DNA from: an uncultured Candidatus Saccharibacteria bacterium
GTDB lineage: Bacteria > Patescibacteriota > Minisyncoccia > Phycocordibacterales > UBA9973
Direction: 5' to 3'
DNA: 64,000 nucleotides
NCBI GenBank assembly: GCA_964563715.1
Contig: CAZLXA010000001.1
Location: forward strand, 33,613-97,612
The notes beneath the pieces were generated by a model. It was not told the origin of the DNA. It did no database searches and was given only the letters and a program-made list of their open reading frames with translations. The translations under genes were made by a program, and so were the position numbers. Below are positions 56,211 to 64,000 of this stretch, piece by piece (positions within the stretch are counted from its first letter, which is position 1; each line of letters begins with the position of its first letter).

Positions 56211-57105
56211 TTATTGTAAAATATTTGAAAGCTTTTCTAAGTCGAGAGCGATTGCATCGGTATATTTTTTATAATTAAGAACTGAACTCATACCAAGAAT
56301 TGGGTCGTTGAGCATTTTAACTAGTCCTTCAATCGATTGTGCGGTCTTTTCGTAATTATTAGCCAAAGCTAAATGAGTAGAAACCAAAGAACCCGGTACT
56401 GGAATACCAATTAGCTCACTACCAAAGGAACGATAAGCGACTGCGATTGTTTTAGCGGCGTATAAAGCTTGAGGGTCTTGAGAGCTTAAGCCTTGGGCAA
56501 TGATGACTAATTCACTTCCAATATCGGCATTTTCATATTTAGTAATTAAATTAGACAAATCATTATAGTATTTATCTTTTGTGTCCAATGATTCATTTTG
56601 GACAATATTCATATCAATTTTAGTGTAAATATCTGGAATAGGGGTCGCTTCAACCCTCTGACCAACAGCCTGAGCTACAGAGTCAATAGATTCTTGGTTT
56701 ATTTCTCCTGTTTGTTGTAGGGAAATGATGGTGGCAAAGAATTCTCGAGATAAAAGTTCATTGTCAGATATTTGCTTTGAGTCGTCACCTATAGAAATAA
56801 GGCCACTTTGTTCAAGGGATTTTTTCTTATTTGTGATAAATTCTCTATTTTTATCACCATTTTTCTTTGGATCAAGCCCCCAAAGGTATTCTTCCCAGTC
56901 AGCAATACCGTTTTCATTACTGTCTTTTTGAATAAGACCACCAACAGTCATTGTAATTTGCTCCCCCTCCCCCTTATTTGCTTTTTTATTTTTGAAAAAT
57001 GAAACAATTTCTTTGATTCCGAAAAAAAGCGCTATAAAAATAACAATAATTAAAATGACAGCTATAAATTTTTTGCTCGGAAGATATTTTTTAAGATTAT
57101 TCATG
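56211..57105 (-). CDS. Membrane-anchored protein with an Asp-rich DSNENGIADWEE motif
   Basis: N-terminal TM and D.D..GI.DWEE..WGLDP; likely start MNNLKK (alternative upstream start at 57137). Confidence 0.7.
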
Positions 57106-57183
57106 TTATCACAGACTTTTTTCTGTTCCCTTTTCACTTCTCCCTATTTCCTATTAAATTATACAACTTATTATTTAAATAAC

Positions 57184-58116
57184 CTAAATATCTGTGGATA
57201 AGTTTCTAGATAATTCAAGCCAAGTTTCAATTTTTAAATCTTCAGCTCGAGTTTTTGGGTCTATTTTTAATTTTTCAAAAGTTTTTTCGATATTTTGAGC
57301 ATTGATATCTATCTCTTCAAGATTTTTTCGAAGAACTTTTCTTTTATGAGCAAAACCAGCTCTAACAATTTTAAAATAATTTTCCTCTTCTTTTTTTGTT
57401 TGGAAATTATTCTTTGAAATATGAATTATTTCTATAATTGCTGAATCTACTTTTGGCTCAGGTGAAAAAAATCTTTTCCCCACCTTCATAATATATTTTG
57501 GAGTACCGTAGGCTTTAACACTAAGTGATAAAATACTCTCTTTACCATCACGCGCCACAATTCTTTTGGCGACTTCTTTTTGAACCAAAATAATCATTCT
57601 TTCGGGTTGAATATCAGTTGAAAGAAATTTTTTAAAAATTGCGCCAGTAATATTATATGGAATATTGGCAATTATTTTATACTTACCTTTTCGAAGTCCA
57701 TAATTTTTTATTTCGAAACTTAGAATATCATCATTTATAATTTCAAGTGACCCCTTTTTAATTTCATTCGAAAATTTTTCTTTCAGAAAATCAAAAAGTT
57801 CACGATCTTTTTCAATAGCTAAAACTTTTTTAGCTTCCACTAATAATTTTGTAGTGAGTGCGCCTTTACCTGGTCCGATCTCAAGAATAATATCATTGTG
57901 ATTAATTTCTCCAGCTGTCGCCATCATCATCAAAGCTGGTTCAGATTTTAGAAAATTTTGCCCTAAAGACTTTTTTGGTTTAAAATATTTAGTCTCGGGC
58001 GAAGAGTTTTCTGGTGAAAACTCTTTTAGCCCTAAAGATTTCTTTGGTTTAAAAGAAGAATTTTTTTGAGTGAAATTATTTTCAATTTTAAATATTTTTT
58101 TTATTCGTTGCATCAT
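57184..58116 (-). CDS. rsmA: 16S rRNA dimethyladenosine transferase RsmA/KsgA
   Basis: KKSLGQNFL, LEIGPGKG, ANIPYNIT, QKEVA.R, P.PKVDS and RAEDL. Confidence 0.96.
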   Translation of the reverse strand: MMQRIKKIFKIENNFTQKNSSFKPKKSLGLKEFSPENSSPETKYFKPKKSLGQNFLKSEPALMMMATAGEINHNDIILEIGPGKGALTTKLLVEAKKVLAIEKDRELFDFLKEKFSNEIKKGSLEIINDDILSFEIKNYGLRKGKYKIIANIPYNITGAIFKKFLSTDIQPERMIILVQKEVAKRIVARDGKESILSLSVKAYGTPKYIMKVGKRFFSPEPKVDSAIIEIIHISKNNFQTKKEEENYFKIVRAGFAHKRKVLRKNLEEIDINAQNIEKTFEKLKIDPKTRAEDLKIETWLELSRNLSTDI

Positions 58117-58227
58117 ATAAACATCTTAACATATTTTTATGGAGTATTTTTATAAATTTAATCATTTTTTCAGTAGAAAATTAGTGTACCCTTTTAGAAG
58201 AGCTATTAGAGCGGACAACGAACTTAA

Positions 58228-61200
58228 TTATAGATAAACAATTTTTTCCCCGCCTGCTCCCTCTTGAGGGCGGGCAGGGCCATTTGAAGAATGAGCCTGT
58301 TCGAAAATTGTTAGATGTGCCGGGATATCGTAAATAAATTCGCTAGGAGTATTTACTTGTTTCATTCCGTATATTGTCCGCAAGGTTGCATAAGATAAAA
58401 ATAATTTTTTGCGAGCTCGAGTGACAGCCACATAAAATAATCTTCTTTCTTCCTCGGTGTCTTCTTTTTTCTTCATCCTATCTTTAATATGTGGAAATAA
58501 ATCTTGCTCAAGCCCAGTGATGAAAACATATTTAAATTCAAGGCCTTTTGAGGCATGAACAGTCATTAGCCTGACCCCCTTACTTTTATTTTCATGCAGA
58601 AGTGTGTCCTGGTCGCTCGAAAGTGATGCGTCTTCCAAAAGTTTTTCTATCCCCTCTTCTTGCGGCAAGTTATCATATTTAATAGCTAAAGTTACCAACT
58701 CCATCATATTTTCCAAACGTTCTTGCTCATCAGTTGTTCCGTGTTGAAGCTCATTTTTTATCCCACTTTTTTCTATGACATATTTAATGGACTCTGATGG
58801 CTTGTGGGTATCTATATATAATTTTATATCATCCAATATTTTATAGAAATTATTTATTTTACCTTGGGTGCCACTTGGTAGTTCGTGTTGTTGTCCTGCA
58901 AAAAGTTTTGCGATTGTAACTTTTCCAATTCCTCGAACAGGAATATTTATAATTCTTTTTATATCGGACAAACTTTCTTTATTATAAGCAGCCCGAACAT
59001 ATGAAAGTAAATCTTTAATTTCTTTTCTATCAAAAAATTTTACACCGAGAACTTGATACGGAATTTGTTTATCAAGAAGAGCCTCTTCGAGAACTCTCGA
59101 TTGAAAATTAGCTCTATAAAGAATCGCAATATCTTCGGGTTTATTTTCTCTTAACAATTCATCTATTTTTGAAGCCACGAAACCTGCTTCATTTTGTTCG
59201 TCGTAAGCTTCACATATATTTATTTCTTCACCGGCAACATTTTCGGTAAATAATATTTTCGGCACGCGATAAACATTTTTTTCAATGACACTATTTGCAG
59301 CTTCTATAATATTTTTAGTTGAACGGTAGTTTTGTTCAAGCATCACGATTTTAGCGCTCGGAAAATCTTTTTCAAAATGGAGCATATTTTTAATGCTCGC
59401 TCCTCGCCATGTATATATACAATTGTGAGTGACGATATTGTTGGCGATAAAATTGTGTGTCTTTTCTATATCAAGATCAAAAACTTTTTCCCCAGTAGTT
59501 TTGATTCGCGAAATTTTTAGAACAACATCATAACCCCTTTCTGCAAAAAGTGCCATACCCGGCATAATCGAGCTCGCTGGTATTTGTGAAAGTGAATTGT
59601 TTTCTTTTTTGTTTTCCTTATCCCCTCCCAGTCGGGCTTTAAAAATTAAATTAGCATCTTCAAAAAGAGAGGCAATTTGAGTTGCAAGCAAACATGTTTC
59701 TCCGTAATCAGCTCGAACAGTTTCGAATCTCCAATTTTCTGTATTTTTCTTAGCCTCGCGGACTGAAAGCCCTAGAGATTTAAGTTTATTTTTGCCAATA
59801 TCATCATTGCCAAAAATTGAAATAAGATGCATTGGATTTTTACCCCGTCTATCTGCGCACAAAGTAATGTTTATATTTCTTCGATTTGAATTGTGCGTTT
59901 GGGGGAAGTGGTGTGGATATTCTTGTGATAATCCAAGATCAGCAAGTATTTTTAGGGCTTGTTTTTCAGTGTCTAAGGAAGAGAAAATTTCTTTAAGAGC
60001 AATTTTGTCATGGACATATCCATTTAAACTTATACCTTTCCGAGGAGTAAAAGGAATAGTTGGTATTTGATATTTTAGAGAAAATATATATTCTTGTATT
60101 CTAGCTTTTTGTTCTGTTTCATGGGTCGCAATAACCCAGGTGGCATCAGCATGCTCTTGATTGGATCGTTGAATAAAACCAGCGATAGATTTTTTTTGTC
60201 CTTTTGTATAAACTGAAGTTGTTCCAATTCTCCAACCAATATTTTTTTTATACATTAGATAATTTAAATATAATTGTTGTGTAGCCCCTAGACGATACCC
60301 GGCAAAATGAGTATGGTCAGGAGTGCTGACCAAGGTATTTCCATTTTTTGTTTTAATTTTAATTAGGTCACCTTTATATAGGATCTCTCTTTTTTTAATC
60401 ACCCTAGCTTCACGAAAATCACCACTTCCATAATTTGATAAAATTAAATCACCCTTTTTGATATTTTCTATCGGCCTGATGCTATTATCGGCCATTTTTA
60501 TTTCTGTCCCCCTCCTTAGGCATTGATCTGTATCACCAACAACACAAATATTTTCCGCCTTCCCAACAAGTAACTTTGTCATCTCGTACTGAACTTCATT
60601 TGTATCTTGGTACTCATCTATGTGAAGATATCTCCACCTGTCTTGATATTTTTGTTTCACTTCAGGATATTTTTTCAAAATTAAAACAGTTTCAAGTAAG
60701 AGGTCATCAAAATCTAAAGCCTTTTCTTTTTTTAATTGGTTTTCGTACCCTCGCCAAATAGTTTCGACTATACTGCCAAAAGAATTGTTGACACTAGCGC
60801 TGAAAGTTTCAATTGTTATAAAATCACCTTTTGATTTTGAAATGATGGATTTAATTTTTCGAGGCTCGTGTTGCTTGGGGTCTATATCATGCTCTTTCAT
60901 AATACTTTTAATAATACTTATAGCTCCGGCTTCATCCATGATTGTAAAATATTTATTTAAGCCAATAAGATGAGAATTTTCTTTTATGATGTGGACACCA
61001 AGAGAATGGAAAGTTGAAATGAAAGGAATACTTTCATTGTAAACCGAATTATTATTCATTTTTATATTGCCATGAACTGGTTCGGATAGCATCCCTAAAA
61101 CTCGATCTCGCATTTCTTTGGCGGCCTTATTAGTAAAAGTAACCGCTAAAATAGACCGAGGATCGATACCCTCGTGAACTAAATGGATAATTCGATGAGT

Positions 61201-61314
61201 AATTGTTTTTGTTTTTCCCGCCCCCGCTCCTGCTACAATTAAAAGAGGCCCCTCTGTATATAAAACAGCTTCTTTTTGTTTATCGTTTAAAGAATCAAGA
61301 TATTGCATAAACAA
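58228..61314 (-). CDS. pcrA: UvrD/PcrA helicase interrupted by an intein
   Basis: AGAGAGKT, TFTNKAA, DEYQD, GD.DQ|intein|CIY.WRGA, QNYRS, TVHASKGLEF and EERRLFYVA.TRA. Confidence 0.95.
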   Translation of the reverse strand: MFMQYLDSLNDKQKEAVLYTEGPLLIVAGAGAGKTKTITHRIIHLVHEGIDPRSILAVTFTNKAAKEMRDRVLGMLSEPVHGNIKMNNNSVYNESIPFISTFHSLGVHIIKENSHLIGLNKYFTIMDEAGAISIIKSIMKEHDIDPKQHEPRKIKSIISKSKGDFITIETFSASVNNSFGSIVETIWRGYENQLKKEKALDFDDLLLETVLILKKYPEVKQKYQDRWRYLHIDEYQDTNEVQYEMTKLLVGKAENICVVGDTDQCLRRGTEIKMADNSIRPIENIKKGDLILSNYGSGDFREARVIKKREILYKGDLIKIKTKNGNTLVSTPDHTHFAGYRLGATQQLYLNYLMYKKNIGWRIGTTSVYTKGQKKSIAGFIQRSNQEHADATWVIATHETEQKARIQEYIFSLKYQIPTIPFTPRKGISLNGYVHDKIALKEIFSSLDTEKQALKILADLGLSQEYPHHFPQTHNSNRRNINITLCADRRGKNPMHLISIFGNDDIGKNKLKSLGLSVREAKKNTENWRFETVRADYGETCLLATQIASLFEDANLIFKARLGGDKENKKENNSLSQIPASSIMPGMALFAERGYDVVLKISRIKTTGEKVFDLDIEKTHNFIANNIVTHNCIYTWRGASIKNMLHFEKDFPSAKIVMLEQNYRSTKNIIEAANSVIEKNVYRVPKILFTENVAGEEINICEAYDEQNEAGFVASKIDELLRENKPEDIAILYRANFQSRVLEEALLDKQIPYQVLGVKFFDRKEIKDLLSYVRAAYNKESLSDIKRIINIPVRGIGKVTIAKLFAGQQHELPSGTQGKINNFYKILDDIKLYIDTHKPSESIKYVIEKSGIKNELQHGTTDEQERLENMMELVTLAIKYDNLPQEEGIEKLLEDASLSSDQDTLLHENKSKGVRLMTVHASKGLEFKYVFITGLEQDLFPHIKDRMKKKEDTEEERRLFYVAVTRARKKLFLSYATLRTIYGMKQVNTPSEFIYDIPAHLTIFEQAHSSNGPARPQEGAGGEKIVYL
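59422..60522 (-). mobile_element. Intein (367 aa) in pcrA
   Basis: Begins CLRRGT (block A), TPDH (block B), VFDLDI..THNF (block F), ends HN before Cys+1. Confidence 0.93.
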
Positions 61315-61374
61315 ATCTTAACATAAAAATATCCCTCACCATATTATAGATGAGGGATATTTCATGTCTTAATA

Positions 61375-61680
61375 TTATATTCCAGCTTTTTCAAAATCCT
61401 CGGTTAAATCGGCTCGCAAATCCTCGGATTCTTCTTTGACTATTTCTCCTAAATTTTCTATTTTTTCATTTAAAAATTTAAAAATGACATCGCCCCCTTG
61501 GCCGGAATCCACTAATTTTTCGTATTGAGTTAAATCTTCTTCTGAAAGCATAGGTAAGACCCTAACTAGTACTGATTGAAATACAAGTTTAGCTAGCCGA
61601 TCTACCATCTCGGCACTTTTTTCAGGGGATAATTTTTCTAATTCAAACAAATCTATTAAATCTTCTTTTATTGTTTTCAT
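61375..61680 (-). CDS. Small acidic helical hypothetical protein
   Basis: 101-aa ORF co-oriented with neighbours. Confidence 0.7.
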   Translation of the reverse strand: MKTIKEDLIDLFELEKLSPEKSAEMVDRLAKLVFQSVLVRVLPMLSEEDLTQYEKLVDSGQGGDVIFKFLNEKIENLGEIVKEESEDLRADLTEDFEKAGI

Positions 61681-61698
61681 ATGATATATGATTATTAA

Positions 61699-64000
61699 TT
61701 ATAATGTTACTTTATCCAATCCAATTTTAGGATCAGATGCAGCTTTCTCTAAAGCTCTTTCAATATATTGTGAAATATTTTCAGCTGGTTTAATTAAGGT
61801 TGCTTCGTAAGGGTCACTAATACCGGTAATTTTTTGTAAATTGTGGACATATTCGACAAGGGGTTTATATATATCGCTAACTTCATCACCACTTATTTGG
61901 GTAATAGTCGACGCATCAATTGTTTTTATATTATACCATTGATTTATGGCTTCATCGTTTGGGAAAACTCGATCGATATTATATTCTGATATTCTTTCTA
62001 CTTGTTCGCGCATATCGGGGGTTAGTTTAATTTCAGAAATGTTGTCAGTATTTTTATCAATTATATTTTCTCCACTGCTTGAACTTTGATCAAGACCGGT
62101 TGTTGTATTACTACCTTCTGTTTCAATTATAAATCCTGTTTCGGGGTCTATTCCAACTTGAGGTAAATTCTCTGCTGTTGTTAAATCAACCCCTGGCTCA
62201 ACTCGTGTTTGTATTTCACTTGCTTCTGAAGAATCAATATTTGAAGAATTATCTGAATCAAACATTTTTCCTTCATATTTCCCGACAACATCAGTACTTC
62301 CTTTTTCCTCGATTAAAATGTGGTCTTCGCCGGTTTTTATATCATGAATAGAAAGATTTCCATTTTCATCAAAACCTAAAGTTGAACCTTTTATTAACAT
62401 AGCACTCTCTCTACCTATCGTATCTTCCGGATTATACAAGCCCAATTTAATAGCCATTTGAGTTGGATCAGCTTTGGCAAAATCTTCTAAATGGGCAGGT
62501 ATCTTATCTGGATAATCCGTATTTATTTTTGCCTGTAGTTCTTTAATTGTTTCAATTGCTCCTTTTGAACTGAATTCAGTTTTAATTTCTTCAAATTTAT
62601 TTTGATCTGAGTTTGATACTCCGGTTTTATCTTCTAAAACGGCTGCACCTGCTTCCGTGTTTTCATTTTGTGAGGCTGTAGTGTCAGATTCTTTGACTAC
62701 GCTTGTTGTATCTGGCATAGCGGTTTTGACCTCGGTTGAATCAGATATAATTTCTTCAGTTTGTTTTTCTGGGATTGAATCATTACTTGGGGTAATTTTT
62801 TCATTTTCATCAGCTTTTATTTCTTCTTCTGTTTTTTCAATAGCTGCTTGATTTTCTATTTTTAAATCATGTACATATCCTGAGGCCTCCAAAACAGCAA
62901 TACTTCCTCCTATCGCAGTGGCTCCACCTAATACTTTTCTCAAAAGGCGAGTATTTTCTGCTTGTTTTAATATTTGTTTTGTATCTTTTTCAATTCGGGC
63001 TAAATCCTCAGACAAAGTAGCTATATTTAAGGGCCTATTTTTAATTTCATCTAATTTTATTTTTATTTTTTCTTCAGAAAATCTTTTTTGAACTAATTGT
63101 GAGGAGATATAACCAAAAGCAGCGGAACCTCCTACGGCTGCACCAGCAATAACTCCACCCCCGAAGATAGCCACTCCAGCTGATATTGCCACCATACTTA
63201 GGCTGACAATTTTTTGGATCTTCTTTCTTTTTTCAGGATCCATATTATTTGTTAATTCCATAGCTGTACCGAATCCTAATCCAATGAGTAATTTGTTTGC
63301 TGTTCTTCCACTAGTCAAAGCTGAAGCTGTTCCCAATCCCATACCAGCCGCTTTTTCAACTGAAAAAGTTGAGATGCCGGCAATTAAAGCGATACTGGCA
63401 GTCATTTTTAACATTTTTTTCCCGTAACCAGACCATCCACCTTCGTTCCCCCAATTATCCCAATTCTCAATTCCTTTACTTATCCCAGATTTTATTCTTG
63501 GTGAAAGAGGACCGTTTTTTATTTCAAGTTTCCTTTTTTCTTCATTATGTTTAAATATTAAATTTTGTATTTCTTCCTTGCTTGTCCCTTTTTCTAACTC
63601 AGATTTTATGAAAAGCTCCCAAGCTTTTTCCTCTTCTTCAGTATAAACTTCAATTTTTTGTTTTTCTTTTCGGCGGAAAAGACCGAGAAGATTTTCTTTC
63701 AAGTTTTTTAATTTATTTTCTTTTTCTTTCGGATCTTCAATTTTTGGTGCTGGTGAAACAGTCTTTATTTTTAATTTTTCAAGGGCTAATTTATTTTCTT
63801 CTAATCTTTTTTCAATTTTATTCAATTCCTTTTGACTATTTTGAATTCCTGGATTATTTATTAATATTTCTTTCTTTTTTTCATCACCAGAAATAATATC
63901 CATGAGTACGGCGATCTCTTGAGCCTGACTCTCAGAATATCCTTGATTGATTAGAGCAATTTTTATCTCATTAATATTTTTTTCATCTCTAAGTATTTTT
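61699..64000 (-). CDS. Large coiled-coil/membrane hypothetical protein (5' end off window)
   Basis: Frame stays open from 63903 to the window edge (KILRDEKNINEIKIALINQGYSESQAQEIAVLM...); central Gly/Ala-rich TM region. Confidence 0.75.
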   Translation of the reverse strand, partial: KILRDEKNINEIKIALINQGYSESQAQEIAVLMDIISGDEKKKEILINNPGIQNSQKELNKIEKRLEENKLALEKLKIKTVSPAPKIEDPKEKENKLKNLKENLLGLFRRKEKQKIEVYTEEEEKAWELFIKSELEKGTSKEEIQNLIFKHNEEKRKLEIKNGPLSPRIKSGISKGIENWDNWGNEGGWSGYGKKMLKMTASIALIAGISTFSVEKAAGMGLGTASALTSGRTANKLLIGLGFGTAMELTNNMDPEKRKKIQKIVSLSMVAISAGVAIFGGGVIAGAAVGGSAAFGYISSQLVQKRFSEEKIKIKLDEIKNRPLNIATLSEDLARIEKDTKQILKQAENTRLLRKVLGGATAIGGSIAVLEASGYVHDLKIENQAAIEKTEEEIKADENEKITPSNDSIPEKQTEEIISDSTEVKTAMPDTTSVVKESDTTASQNENTEAGAAVLEDKTGVSNSDQNKFEEIKTEFSSKGAIETIKELQAKINTDYPDKIPAHLEDFAKADPTQMAIKLGLYNPEDTIGRESAMLIKGSTLGFDENGNLSIHDIKTGEDHILIEEKGSTDVVGKYEGKMFDSDNSSNIDSSEASEIQTRVEPGVDLTTAENLPQVGIDPETGFIIETEGSNTTTGLDQSSSSGENIIDKNTDNISEIKLTPDMREQVERISEYNIDRVFPNDEAINQWYNIKTIDASTITQISGDEVSDIYKPLVEYVHNLQKITGISDPYEATLIKPAENISQYIERALEKAASDPKIGLDKVTL

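Noticed and set aside
57193-57201. Perfect DnaA box (TGTGGATAA) at the rsmA 3' end
   Set aside because: Isolated single box inside a CDS; insufficient to call a regulatory site

Overview
AT-rich chromosomal window from a small-genome bacterium. Gene content, type IV pilus genes, the pilin-fused T4SS-like cluster and pervasive leaderless-type starts point to Patescibacteria/CPR (Parcubacteria-like); this taxonomy is inference. The window spans the replication origin (dnaN-oriC-dnaA / rpmH-rnpA-yidD-yidC-jag) and carries ruvA, ruvB-ruvC, mutM, polA, tyrS, rsmA, an intein-containing pcrA/uvrD, three tRNAs (Ser-TGA, Arg-GCG, Lys-TTT) and an ~18 kb VirB4/PrgI/VirB6-like cluster. The most unusual signals are non-coding. 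(1) Five 76-118 bp elements bounded by CCCGTTAGAA...TTCTAACGGG each end exactly at a start codon, including that of dnaA; two of them duplicate the 6-mer ATGRAT. (2) A sister family CCCCACACC...GGTGTGGGG also has 6-bp flanking duplications. (3) About ten AATTACG heptamer arrays sit at gene junctions; an inverted pair encloses a four-helix-bundle (IVP/Avd-like) gene and an adjacent pair encloses an empty copy. (4) A shared ~180-190 bp structured element follows all three tRNAs and carries antisense and duplicated tRNA 3' ends. (5) There are two candidate orphan ncRNAs and several in-frame palindromic insertions in housekeeping genes. No transposase, integrase, CRISPR or RT gene is visible in the window.
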